Shown here one piece after another: positions 51,340 through 64,000 of a stretch of DNA of 64,000 nt. The translations under genes were made by a program, and so were the position numbers. This DNA is from Lytechinus pictus (Eukaryota): the NCBI RefSeq assembly GCF_037042905.1, contig NC_087252.1, positions 14,572,001-14,636,000 of the forward strand, given 5' to 3'. How positions within the stretch are numbered: the first letter of the stretch is position 1; each line of letters opens with the position of its first letter. The notes beneath the pieces were generated by a model. It did no database searches and was not told the DNA's origin. It saw only the letters and a list, made by a program, of their open reading frames with translations.

Positions 51340-53440
51340 TCCAACACCCACACAAACTTCAAACCCAAATCTGTTACCCACACCTCGAGCCCCACCATTC
51401 TAACCCACACTCTTAATCCGCAGTTACCATCCATATGTCTCCAAGCCTCACGTCTCGGCCAAATCTCCCAGCCCACACTTCTCTAACCCACACTTAAAAT
51501 CCACAGCACCCACCCACACTTCTAACCTACAAATTTAATCTACAGATCCCATCCATACTATACCAAATATCTCACCCACCCACATATTTTACCCACACCT
51601 CTCAATACCCTGATTCTCTTACCCACCCTTTTAACCCTCATCTCTAGTCCACACTTTTGATTTGCAGCTGCCATCCACACTACCCAGCCAAATCTCTCAG
51701 CCCACATTTCTAACCCACACCTCTTACTCTCACTGCGGCTTAAATCATCTGCTTCCATCCACTCTTCTCGGCCTAAGCTCCCCCTCACACTTCTAACCCA
51801 CAGTTATCACATACACTTAACAACCCACATCTCTGACTTACACGTCTTATTCAAACCACAGCTATGACCTCACACCTACCCTCCACACAGTTCAAACTAC
51901 TATGACATGCCCATATGTTTATCCTATATTTTGCACCCACACTTCTTACATTTAACATCTCTAAACACACCTTCTGCCCACATGTATGATTCACAATATC
52001 GTAATCCACATCACAACCCAAAATTCTATTGACATATCCAGTTCATACTTTTCCCTTCACCAAATTTCTCCATGTTTTTTACTACTTCTCAACTACATGT
52101 CTCAATGTATTCATTTATATTATTCATGAATAAACTCCAGATGAATTCCATAATCCACACTTTTAATCTCCAGTTCCAACCCACACTTCTAACATACACA
52201 TAGAATCTACAGCTTCCATCTATACTTCACCAAATATCCCACCCACCTACACCGCCGTACTTTACCAACTTTCCCGCCCTACACCTCCAATCCCACATCT
52301 CTAACGCATTTAATTTAGTTCCAATCTATAGTACTCAGCAAAATTTCTCACTCACATTTCTAATCCACACTTCTAACCAATAGCTCCCATCTATACTACT
52401 CAGCAAAATCTTCCACTCACATCTTCTTATCCACACCTCCTACTCCCGATTTCTAATCCACATCTCCTGTTCATTCTTCTAGCCCAAATCTCCCACTCAC
52501 CACTTCTAAACCACACTTTAAATATACAGCTCCCATCCATACTACTATAAAGACTACCCCACCCACATCTGTTACCCCTTACCTGTGACTCCACACATCC
52601 ATCCACACTCAGCAAAATCTCTCACCCACACTCCTAACCCACACTTTTAATGCACAGCTCCCATCTATACTACTCAGCAAAATCTCTCATCCACACTTCT
52701 AACCCACACTTTTAATCCACAGGTCCCATTGATACTATTCAGCAGAATCTCTCACCCACACTCATAACCCATGCTTTTAACCAACAGCTCCCATCTGTAC
52801 TAAGCAAAATCTCTCACCCACACTCTTAACCCACATTTTTAATGCACAGCTCCCATCCATACTACTATATAAACTACCCCACCCACATCTGTTACCCCTT
52901 ACCTGTGACTCCACACATCCATCCCACACTCAGCAAAATCTCTCTCCCACACTCCTAACCCACACTTTTAATCTACAGCTAGAGTCTATACTACTTAGCA
53001 AATCTCCAACCCACACTACTAACCCACATTGTTGATCGACAGCTACCATCTATACTTCTTGGTTAAGCTCTCACACACTTTAAATCTACAGCTCCCATCC
53101 ACAAGACAATACCAAATATCCTATGCACTTCTGATACCCATATCTCCAACCTTACTCTTCCTCCCCACATGTTTAATCTACAGCCCATACTTGTTGGCCT
53201 AACGTCTAACCCACACTTCTAATCCACACTTTTTAATCCCCATTTCCCACCCACACTTCTAACATACACATTTAATCTACAGCTCCCGTCTATACTTCAC
53301 CACATATCCCAACCACCTACACCTCCGTGCTTTACAAAATATCCCACCCACCTACACCTCCGATCCCACCGATTTCAAACGATCTCTAACTCACAGATCG
53401 ATCAATACCTCTCGGCTAGAGCTCCCACCAACACAAATCA
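51340..53440. repeat. Degenerate C/A-rich, G-poor tandem repeat (~65-bp unit in the best-preserved part)
   Basis: Recurrent ACCCACACTTCTAACCCACACTTTTAATCCACAGCTCCCATC; a ~320-bp internal duplication (52530-52650 vs 52850-52975). Confidence 0.85.
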
Positions 53441-55434
53441 CTTAACGAAATATCTCAATCTTTTTTCCTAGATCTAAACCATATATCTCACTGCATTCTC
53501 ACTCATTAACAAAATATCTCAATCTCTTTTCCTAAATCTAAACCACATGTCACTGCGTTCATTCAAATGACTCAAAGAATTATAATGGTACCCTATTTAG
53601 ATTCTTATTCATTCATTTATTGATCCATATTAAAAACAAAATATTACACTACATACATACACAAAATGTGCATTACATGAATAAACTCTTTAAGACAGTT
53701 TCCATGCTTGCAAAACATTGTAAGAAAATATAAATAAACTTGTATTACAATACAAATATAAAGAGGAATTAGTATGACCCATTATGGTAAGAGAATTAAA
53801 AAGTGGATGAAATGAATCAAAGACCTGAAAGCATGGCCGTGGGCTGTGGCGGGCAGAGGGCAGTTCCAAATGCCCCATCCATATTCAATATTCTCTGCAC
53901 ATATCATTATTCATAACCAGTATGTCTAAATATGTTCATTCATTTTAATTGATTCACTGATGTGAGGTAGACGTTCCTTGATGAATATCGGTTGGAGGGC
54001 AATAAAAACTTGTACTTGTACTTACTAATTTTCAAGTTAGGTCATCAGGAAGATACATCATATCCCACTTCAAGCTCATCTAATGCCCAACTAAACATCG
54101 CAAGACAAGTAAGTATGCTACCAGTGTTTTTTTTTGGGGGGGAGGGGGGGTCAGGGGAAATATTGTAAAGTGTAATCAACATTTTTGGCATATTATAGGG
54201 ACATGGAAAATGTAGAAAAATACCTGTTTAAGGTCCAATAAATATTTGGGCACTTTTTATCCATATCTGAGGTACGGAGATGGTTGGTCATATTCATACA
54301 TAGATCTACATGTACCAGTATAGGGGTGTGATGGATTTCAACATAAAAACAATAGTCAATTATTAAAGAGCACAATTTTAAATATGGGTAGTGGTCCAAG
54401 ATATACATGTATCTTTATTTTTTAACAATGAATTTTGCAAAACTGCTGGAATTAGTATAAGATACATGTAGTATTACATGCACTGTAAGATAAAAAAAAA
54501 AAAAAAAATTTCAAGTCAACCTTTAGCATGTTAATATTCGATACATTACTTTATATGAATTTTTAATATGTAAACTGACATATTTTATGCCTCTGAAGTC
54601 CTATGATTTTACAAATACAGATTTACCACAGGGAATATATAATATTGATTTATTGGCATGCACGAACATAAGTTAAGCTTTTACTGGTTGAAGTTAAGAT
54701 TTTTATAAATGTTTTTACATTAATATGCGACTGTAACCCACTTACCGTCAGATCTGTTTCATGATGTTGATTGTAGTTTATTGTTTTATTTTCCCTTTAG
54801 CTCAACATATATGCAATGATTTACTAGAGGATGTTTGCATACACTGTAATTACCAGAGTACATTAACCCAGAGGAATTGAGAGGTGTGGGCGCGAGGCTG
54901 TTTTTCTTGGAATAAAATATCTGTACCACCACAAACGAGTCTGGACTTGGCTTTCTTTCAGTAGCATAGCATATTTCACGACTTGCAATGCTTTCACTTG
55001 AGAGGCAATGTACTTAAGTTCTAAAAATATTCCATCTATTTTAAATTGAGGATTTGGTAGTTTGAAGGGAATGGAGTCCCAAAGGAGCATTGGCACAACT
55101 TAGGACAGACCCATTTTACAATAACATCGAGTTTGGAAAGTCAGTCATCAGACTTGCAAATGAAATTGATGAGCAACATTGAGGTAATTTTTTCTTCAGC
55201 AAAAGATGAAGTAGTAGGACCTGTGGCTGATATTTTTATTAGCATTACATTCCTACCGAACTGTTCCAAAGACAAATGGAATTTTTCAGCGAATGGTGGG
55301 ACCTCTACATGCTCAAGACAAGATCTAAGAATCGTTTTTACAGCAATATATTTTACGAGTTGTTGTGGAGAGACTGATCAAAATGTGAAGTACCGATGAC
55401 ACGGAGGAGGATGCAACACTGTCTACACGTACAC

Positions 55435-56950
55435 ATGATGAGCAGGTACTGTGATATGTTGCAGGTTATGTCCCGTATGCTCTTGTAAGACGATACAAAA
55501 CACAGGGCTCAAGAGCTGCAAAAGAAATCACAAGATTTCTGAACACATGGAAAAAGGATGATGACAACGCAACAGAGGCAGACTCGTTTCTTGACTACAC
55601 CAAGGTGTGGATTACGACCCAGGACCGTGGAGGATTGTTTTTTGTGTCGGATAGAATCTACTCTGTTCCACGCGATGGAAATTGTTACAAGGAGGCAACT
55701 TCAGAAACGGGCACTACACAGCTCAAGTAAACGATATCAAAGATATTACGATCCAGGACCATGGAGGGTTGGTTTTTTGCGTCAGATAAAATCTACTTTG
55801 TTCCGTGCAATGGAAATTGTTACAAGGAGGCAACTTCAGAAAAGGGCACTACACAGCTCAAGTAAACAATATCAAAGATATTACGATCCAGGACCGTGGA
55901 GGGTTGTTTTTTATGTCAGATAGAATCTACACTTTGTTCCTTGCAATGGAAATTGTTACAAGGAGGCAACTTCAGAAACGGGCACTACACAGCTCAAGTA
56001 AACGATATCAAAGATATTACGATCCAGGACCATGGAGGGTTGGTTTTTTGCGTCAGATAAAATCTACTTTGTTCCGTGCAATGGAAATTGTTACAAGGAG
56101 GCAACTTCAGAAAAGGGCACTACACAGCTCAAGTAAACAATATCAAAGATATTACGATCCAGGACCGTGGAGGGTTGTTTTTTATGTCAGATAGAATCTA
56201 CACTTTGTTCCTTGCAATGGAAATTGTTACAAGGAGGCAACTTCAGAAACGGGCACTACACAGCTCAAGTAAACAATATCAAAGATATTACGATCCAGGA
56301 CCGTGGAGGGTTGTTTTTTGTGTCAGATAAAATCTACTTTGTTCCGTGCAATGGAAATTGTTACAAAGAGGCAACTTCAGAAACAGTCACTACACAGCTC
56401 AAGTAAAAAATATCAAAGATATTACAATCCAGGACCGTGGAGGGTTGGTTTTTTGCGTCAGATAAAATCTACTTTGTTCCGTGCAATGGAAATTGTTACA
56501 AGGAGGCAACTTCAGAAACAGGCACTACACAGCTCAAGTAAAAAATGTCAAAGATATTACAATCCAGGACCGTGGAGGGTTGGTATTTTGTGTCGGGTTG
56601 GTATTTTGTGTCGGATAGAGTCTACAATTTGTTCCGTGCAATGGAAATTGTTACAAGGAGGCAACTTCAGAAACAGGCACTACACAGCTCAAGTGACAAT
56701 ATCAAAGATACGATAGTAAACAATGTATATGGCAGTCGTCATGTGCATACCCTGTGGCATGGATCATGCACTGATCTACATGGAGATGTCCCGTCTGCTC
56801 TTCTCACTACTGTTGTGAATTACTGGGCTTATAAGGATTACGGCTTTTGTCAAGTCCTACGTTCTCACACTCAAGCAATTGAGTGCCAAGAAAAAACTAG
56901 GCAAAAAGGCACTCTTCAAAGAACTAAAGAAGAATCAGGATGATGGATAA
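55435..56950 (+). pseudogene. Transposon-associated gene relic with P-element/THAP9-like C-terminal motifs, interrupted by tandem expansion
   Basis: One frame reads HDEQVL*YVAGYVPYALVRRYK...SFLDYTKVWITTQDRGGLFFVSDRIY. After the array, coding-like sequence resumes (LLTTVVNYW, frameshift, IRITAFVKSY...KKALFKELKKNQDDG*). Confidence 0.65.
55612..56712. repeat. Minisatellite with a 134-136 bp unit, 8 copies
   Basis: GATCCAGGACC recurs at ~55616, 55750, 55885, 56021, 56156, 56292, 56426 and 56561; units 2-3 and 4-5 form a 271-bp dimer. Confidence 0.97.
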
Positions 56951-57127
56951 CACTTTACGATGAGACTTGTCATGTTAGCTGATATCCCTGGTCATGAACT
57001 GATGTACATTATGTAGTGTAGTGACTTGACTGTAGCATATATATATCTATTCTTTCTTTGTGTATATTTTCAGTTGTTTTTTCTACATTACATGTACATA
57101 ATATACTCTTTCCGCTATACATTCATA

Positions 57128-59491
57128 TAGTCCAGGATAGGCCCCATAGAAACTTGACCAAACCTTGTTTTTTCATATATACAATATTTTTTTATGGTTT
57201 CTTGTCAATTCGAGGGTGCTGATTACGAATCTGGATGATGCCACTCGTGTAACCTTGAGCATTTTCCGCAAATTGGCAAAATCCAATATGGCCGCCAAAA
57301 TATGCAAATTACCCATGAAAATCATATAATTGTTCGCACATTGGCTATGAAATGCATGAAATCGTGTGACAGGAGTGAAATACTCTCTGAAAAATTAATT
57401 TTTGACAAAATATTTATTTTCCTGATATTCAAAATGGCCGCCATAGGCCATTGTATACTCCATTATGTACAATATGAATAGGGAAAACTAATTTTCACAA
57501 AAATTAGCACTAGACCGCAAAAATCGTGATGTATGAACGAAGAAATATATGCAAATCATCATTACTGACGAGATATATAATTTATTATGTCATATATGGG
57601 GACATTGCTGTATTTTTTAAATCTAAAAGCCGCCACTGGCCCAAAGAGTATTATAAACAAAGGCAATGGCCGGGGCCAGAAAATGACAAGAGTGAGCACT
57701 AAAATGTATATTATTAAGATAAACGAGTGGAATACTGACTAAAAACATCATTACCATTAATATACCATTTATGTGATAAATGCTGTATTTTGACATTCAA
57801 AATGGCCGCCCTATATTTATCATGTACAATGCGAATGGAGAAACTAATTTTCACAAGAGTGAGAATCATAAAATGCATATAACTGTGATATACGAGTAAA
57901 AATATTGTCTTAAACATGATTTCTAAGTGATTAAATCACATATTGGTCGTGGAGGTAATAAATGCTGTACTTTGAAATCCAAAATGGCTGCCATAGGTCC
58001 TAAAAGTATTGTGTACATTGTAACATGGGACATATAATTTTGACAGCATTTGGCTTTGCTTGACTCTAAATATTGCATGTAATTGTGAATTGTGAATTGT
58101 GAAAGGGTGAAATATTGTCTAAAACCATGGTTTCTACCGAGATATATCATATCATGTGTAATTAAGTTGATAAATGCTGCATTTTTAAATTGAAAATGGC
58201 CACCATAGGCCCTTATCGTATAATATACAATTTGAGTGGAGACAAATAATGTTCACAAAAAGGGCATATGTCAGCCATTTTGAATGTTGAAATACAGTAT
58301 TTATCACCTAAATTACATAGGATATGATATATTTTGTTATAAATCATGTTTTCAGACAATATTTCACTCATACATCACCATTTGACCAAGCAAAGCCAAA
58401 TTCTGTTGAAATAATTTGTTCCCATTCACATTGTGCATAATACCATAAGGGCCTGAGCGGCCATTTTGACTTTCCAATAACAGTATTTATCACCTAACTG
58501 GCAGAATAAATGATATATCTTAATAGAAATTATGCTTTCAGACAATATTTTACTCATAGATTACTATTACGTGCATTTATGGTGCTCACTCCTGTGAATA
58601 TTGGTTTCCCACTTTGCATTGTACATTATACTGTTAATGTTAATGGCGGCCATTTTGAAAGTCAAAATAGAGTATTTAACACAAACTTAAAACCTGAATG
58701 ATATATTTCGTTAAAAATTATGTTTTTAGACAGTATCCCATTAATTTATCACATAAATAGGCATTTTAGTGCTCTCTCTTGAGATTTCTTTGCTCCTCTT
58801 TCTCATTGTGCATTATACTTTTAGGGCCTTTGGCAGCCATTTTGAATTTCAAAATAAAACATTCATCACATACATGGCATATTAATAATATATTTCGTTA
58901 ACAATTATGTTTTTAGTCAGTATTCCACTCGTTTAATCTTAATAATATGCATTTTATTGATCATTCTTGTGAATTTTTTGGCCCCCATTGCCATTGTACG
59001 CAATACTGTTTGGGCCAGTGGCGGCTATTTTAGATATCAAAATACAGACATGTTCTCATATATGACATAATAAATGATATATATGATAATTTTCATATAC
59101 TACTTCGTTCATACATTGCGATTTTTGCACTTTAGTGCTCATTTTTGTGAAAATTAGTTTTCCCTATTCATATTGTACATAATAGAGTATACAAGGGCCT
59201 TTGGCGGCCATTTTGAATATAAGGAAAATAAATATTTTGTCAAAAAATATTTTTTCAGAGAGTATTTCACTTCTGCCACACAATTTCATGCATTTCATAG
59301 CCAATGTGTGGACAATTTTATGATTTTCATGGGTAATTTGCATATTTTGGCGGCCATATTGGATTTTGCCAATTTGCGAAAAATGCTCAAGGTTACCAGA
59401 TTCGTAATCAGCACCCTCGAATTGACAAGAAACCATCAAAAAATATTGTATATATGAAAAAACAAGGTTATGCCTCTTCTATCCTGGACTA
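57128..59491. mobile_element. Complete non-autonomous long-TIR foldback DNA transposon (Academ-like: TAG..CTA ends, 3-bp TSD)
   Basis: ATA|TAGTCCAGGATAG ... CTATCCTGGACTA|ATA; inverted arms over 600 bp; no coding capacity. The superfamily is inferred from the termini and TSD length only. Confidence 0.85.
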
Positions 59492-60339
59492 ATATACATC
59501 TCCTTTTTACACTTGTTTGTGCTACATTGCATATACCACTATAGTGTACTGCACATGTACAAAAAAAGGCATTCTTGCATATTTTCTGCCTAAATCTTAC
59601 AAACATCTTCCTTTCACTTTTACATAATGGACTTGGAGCAAAGCAACCTGGCATTGTACCTGATTTATTGTCCTGGCCTTGCTCCAACTGCACTTACACT
59701 GCATCACTACACAGATGCTCTTTTTTCTCTCTCTCTCTCATCTTCTTTGAACTGTGCTTTTGCCTCTATTTTGGGCGCTCTCTATCATACCCCCTCTTTT
59801 TGTAATGCTGGCAAAAAACAAATTTGCTACTTTGCCACATCACCACTCTTCTCTCCGTCTTCGCTCTGACAATATCTCTATGCCTCAGCTTGCTTTTGTG
59901 GAGCACATGCCCACCAGAGAACTACAATTTACCTCCACCCTTCTACAGTTTTATTTTGCTATTCTCTACTTTACATCACACCTCTTATAGTCTATTCTCT
60001 ACATAGTGAGGCCTTGCTACTTCGCAAGTTATACTTCTACAACCGTGATTTCTACTCTATGTATTTTACCTTTCATATACTTTTTTAAATTGTAAATACA
60101 ACTTTTGGGATTTGTGCAATACTTGAGCGGCAACTGCCAGTGAAGTGCTACATCTATCTGCTCTGTCATCCATTTCCTCAGTCAAATTATAGGCGTGTGT
60201 AAGGTAGGACACAATCTTTCCTTTTCTATTTCATAATTAGGAAATCGACAGTATTAATTTCCTAAATTAGGAAGGACACTAATAATGCTCGATGCTGAAG
60301 AAATTAGGTTTTTGTATTTTGGAAATTCTATAAATACAA

Positions 60340-61915
60340 CATACTGTGTTTGTACCTACCATGAGAATATCTGGCTTCTTCTCCTTTGCCCAAGTAAATG
60401 TAGAAACCTTCCAGAGAACATTTCTGAGTTCAACAACACTAAGGTTTGTGATGCTACTTCCAAGGAATGCATGGCTATGGAGTGTTCTGCCTGTGCTGAA
60501 ATCATCAATCAGTTTCGACCATTAGACAGCGTACCAGTCAGCTTATCATCAGTGGCAGACAACTGACGGCGTGACTGAAGTTGAGATCGTGGCATCATCT
60601 GAAGAGGCTTTCAATGAACTAAAAAGTCTGCGGAAACCTTTCCTATTCCACATGTATATTAAGCGAAGACAGGCAGCGTATATAAATAAGATCAGAGGGA
60701 GTGTCAATAGAAAAGAGATCCTGCTACAAACAGACTTTTCAGAGAATGTTACCCATTCCAAACAAAATGAAATCCAAACAGCTCATTGGAGCCATAATCA
60801 AGCAAACCCTCTTCACAGCATGTGCCTGGATTAATTGCCCGGGGGGGCCACTTCCATTGACGAGTGGATACCATGCGCGACCACGGGGTCTTGAAAAGCA
60901 CCCTAAACACGTATTTTCCATATTCTGAAAATGCACCCCTTAACAAGTATTGGCGTGTGAAACCCTATACCCTTAACAAGTATTGGAAACAAATACTATT
61001 GGCAAGAATTCCCAGAATTGAGCCCCTAAACAAGTACAGCGATGTATTTTCCATATTCTGAAAATGCACCCCTTAACAAGTATTGGAAACAAACGATACT
61101 CTTGGCAAGTATTCCCTAAAATGAACCCCTAAACAAGTACAGCGATATCTTATTGTTATGTCACGGGTCCGTTGGTCGTCGGTTGTACCTTTACACACCA
61201 TTATTTTGGTTTAGTACGACCCCACCTTCCACACCTCGCGCAAATCGGACTCTAAACACGTAGTGTTGGGGCAAAAAGGACATCCTTTAGAAAACATTTT
61301 GATTTTGTTTTATCATCCCCGCATATTTGACCCTAAACACGTATATTTTTCCTAGCGAAATAGATAAACTTTTTTGAATATTTTTATGTTTTTTGACACC
61401 CTTATCACGTTACGTACGTAACGTGCCCTATCTTGAAAAAGACATCCTTTTTACGTGTTTTTTTGGTCGCGCATGGTATCCACTCGTCAATGTAAGTGGC
61501 CCCCCCGGGATTAATTGTGATCCTCCCACCACTGAGAGCATTGTCATCATGTCAGATGAGCTGCAACATAACAAGCACAGCATCTTTACATTTATGGAGA
61601 ATATCTTGATTAAGCTGAAACTAAAATACCCTGAAGGAACCACGATCCATGTGGAGTCAGATGGAGCAAGCTCTCAGTTCAAGCAGAGGTTCTTGTTCTC
61701 AAACTTGGAAAGTGGGAGGAACAGATAGAAATAAAGATGATGTGGCATTTCTTTGCTACTTTGCACGGAAAAGGTGTCGTCGATGAGCTGGGTGGAACTG
61801 TGAAAAGAGCAGTTTGGAGACATGTCAAAAGTGGGCAGGCAGCAGCATGGACTCCACAAGAATTCTATGAGGTAGAAGTTGCTAGGAATCCCACAATTGA
61901 TGTCATCTTCTTATT
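60340..61915 (+). pseudogene. DNA transposase relic, Sola2-like DDD domain
   Basis: CVCTYHEN, QTDFSEN, QNEIQTAHWSHNQ, TLFTACAW, IMSDELQHNK, ESDGASSQFKQRF, WHFFATLHGKGVVDELGGTVKR; frameshifted and split by a MITE. Confidence 0.8.
60838..61509. mobile_element. MITE with CCCGGGGGGG termini and an 8-bp TSD
   Basis: ATTAATTG|CCCGGGGGGGCCACTTCCATTGACGAGTGGATACCATGCGCGACC ... inverse ...CCCCCCGGG|ATTAATTG; internal CCCCT(T/A)AACAAGTA repeats. Confidence 0.92.
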
Positions 61916-62022
61916 AAAGGAATATCTTTTTTTTAAGGATTATCATGTCAAATTATGCCATTATGCTTATGACCTTAATTATTACTCTTTGGAGGGCAAA
62001 TACATGTTAACATTCAATACTA

Positions 62023-64000
62023 ATAGGTCCCCTTTCCATAGAGCTTGGGAACCAGACGTTCTCGGAGGAAGTATATGTAGCCCCTATAGCTGATCATATA
62101 CTCCTAGGGTTAGATTTCCTCAGCAAGCCCAAGGCTGCGATTCACCTCCAAGACCCCCATATGCAGTTGGGAGGCCAGAGAATTCCGCTGTGGTATAGTG
62201 ATGATCCTGGGCGACAGATCGCCCGGGTTCACGTGCACAAGCGGGTAATTATTCCTCCTAATGCAATCAAGCGAGTCACTGGCATTTTAGATCAACGCTT
62301 AGGTGATTTCATGTTTAATCCACAGGACAGCTTACCGGTCCAGGTTCCTAGTTCGGTTCACAGGGCTGGGAAAATGTTGGAGTTCTACGTTGTAAACCCA
62401 ACTGATAGGCACCTCAAGATAACCTGCTCTGAGGTGCTGGGGGAAGCCGAAGAAATAAAGGGAGAGGAGATGGGATCGCTTCCTGTCGAAAAGGGGTTCT
62501 TCAACTAAGCATAGATGAGGGAGGCGAGTTGCCTCCTCACTTAGAAGTCTTGTTTGAACAATCCGCAAACCATCTATCGCAGGCGGAGCAGGGGAAACTC
62601 CGGGACCTATTAATTCGGTTCTCAGGGGTATTTGCGAAAGATGAGTTTGACTTGGGAAACTTCGGGGAGGTCGAGCATTCCCTGGACACTGGGGACGCTG
62701 CCCCAGTCAAGCAAAGAATGAGGCGCACCCCTTTGAACTTTGCAAATGAGGAAAAGGCGCATCTGGACAAGATGGTTCAGGCAGGGATCATACAACCTTC
62801 CCAGTCTGAATGGGCATCTGCCCCCGTCCTGGTCTGGAAGCGGGATGGAGGTGTCCGGTGGTGTATTGACTACCAGGCATTGAATGCGGTCACCCGTAAA
62901 GATGTGTACCCACTCCCGAACATCGAGGAATGCTTTGACACACTAGTGGGTAATGCCTGGTTTTCAAAGCTGGACGCGAATTCGGCTTATTACCAGGTGA
63001 AGATTAAAGCGGAAGACCGGAAAAAGACGGCATTCACTACGAAGTATGGCTTGTACGAATTATTGCGCATGGGCTTCAGCGTCTGCAATGCTCCGGCGAC
63101 TTTTTCCAGAGCTATGGATTTGATCCTACAGGGGATCACTTGGCAGATTGCCCTGGCCTTCCTGGATGACGTAATTGTCCTGGGAAGGAATGTTGATGAT
63201 CACTTAGTCAACCTGGAAGAAGTTCTAGGTAGATTTGCCAAGTTTGGGCTCAAATTAAAGCCCAAGAAATGCGTATTCTTTCAGAAGAAAGTAGAGTTCT
63301 TGGGGAGGGAGGTCAGTGCCAACCAGGTCCAGCTTCGTGAGGAGCATATCCGGGTGGTCCGCGAGTGGCCCGTCCCCAGGACAACAAGACAGGTGGAACA
63401 GTTCCTGGGCCTGGCGAACTACCATCGGTCGTTTATTCAGGGGTTCGCCGGGATAGCGGTTCCCCTGTACCGGATTACAGGCAAGCAGCCGTACTATTGG
63501 GGAGTAGAACAGCAGCAATCCTTCGAAGAGATTAAGCAGCGGCTGACCACGGCGCCGGTTCTGACTATGCCCAATGCGCAAGACATGTTTGTTCTGGACA
63601 CAGATGCCTCGAATGACGCCATAGGAGCGGCGCTCCTCCAGCTACAGGAGGGGCAGGAGCGAGTGGTGTCCTATGGCAGCTGCGCACTTACTGCAGAACA
63701 GCGGAGGTACTGTGTGACCAGGAGGGAGCTGCTGGCGGTGGTCAAGTTCACCCGCCAATATCGCCATTACCTATTAGGGAAAGCATTCCTGGTTAGAACA
63801 GACCATAGCAGCCTCACCTGGCTCCTCCACTTTAAATATCCCCAGGGGCAGCTAGCTCGCTGGATGGAGGAGCTCAGTCAATATGACATGCGCTTGGAGC
63901 ATCGCCCCGGCAAGAAGCATGCCAACGCTGACGCTCTATCTCGGGTTCCGTTGCCCGAGGAGCTCTGGAAGAATATCGCTTGGGGTTCGACCTACAACAA
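62023..64000 (+). mobile_element. Ty3/Gypsy LTR retrotransposon pol fragment (partial protease, RT, RNase H), running off the window
   Basis: HILLGLDFL (protease C-half); WASAPVLV, WCIDY, DVYPLP, KLDANSAYYQ, NAPATF, FLDD (RT); FVLDTDAS, RRELLAVV, RTDHSSL, ARW, HANADALSR (RNase H). One frame break at ~62500. Confidence 0.95.

Noticed and set aside
55558..56716. Repeat-protein gene suggested by overlapping ORFs
   Set aside because: Units of 134-136 bp shift frame and contain stops; better explained as a tandem expansion within a pseudogene.
56730..56850. PHD finger (WHGSC...YW)
   Set aside because: The required Cys pairs are absent; it fits the continuation of the transposon relic.
63255..63581. 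Minus-strand 108-aa ORF and similar antisense ORFs over LINEs and exons
   Set aside because: Shadow frames of + strand coding sequence with no motifs of their own.

Overview
AT-rich eukaryotic (metazoan) DNA; the repeat repertoire looks echinoderm/sea-urchin-like, which is inference only. There is one host gene: the 3' seven coding exons of an ARHGAP32/33 (RICS/CdGAPr)-type RhoGAP on + (36402-44060). It lies between two TE-dense zones. Left zone (1-29.7 kb): a truncated long-TIR foldback element, a decayed I-group LINE (APE-RT-RNase H, GAA tail), a short SINE-like insert with a 7SL-like head, a 49-bp minisatellite, two CR1-group (L2/Crack/Daphne-like) LINE copies with 6-bp TSDs, an L1/Tx1 ORF2 tail, an orphan L1 ORF1 and a ~220-bp satellite. 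Right zone (51-64 kb): a G-poor degenerate repeat, a P/THAP9-like transposon pseudogene with an internal 135-bp tandem expansion, a complete foldback element, a Sola-like transposase relic split by a MITE, and a Gypsy pol running off the end. Many MITEs lie in introns and flanks. The most notable observations are (1) a ~235-nt G:U-rich rod-like RNA structure in the 5' leader of an ORF1-less LINE, (2) a composite 7SL-headed SINE candidate, and (3) an intronic tandem array made from a RhoGAP exon/5' splice-site junction. All alignments and pairings were done by eye; family assignments come from remembered motifs, not database searches.
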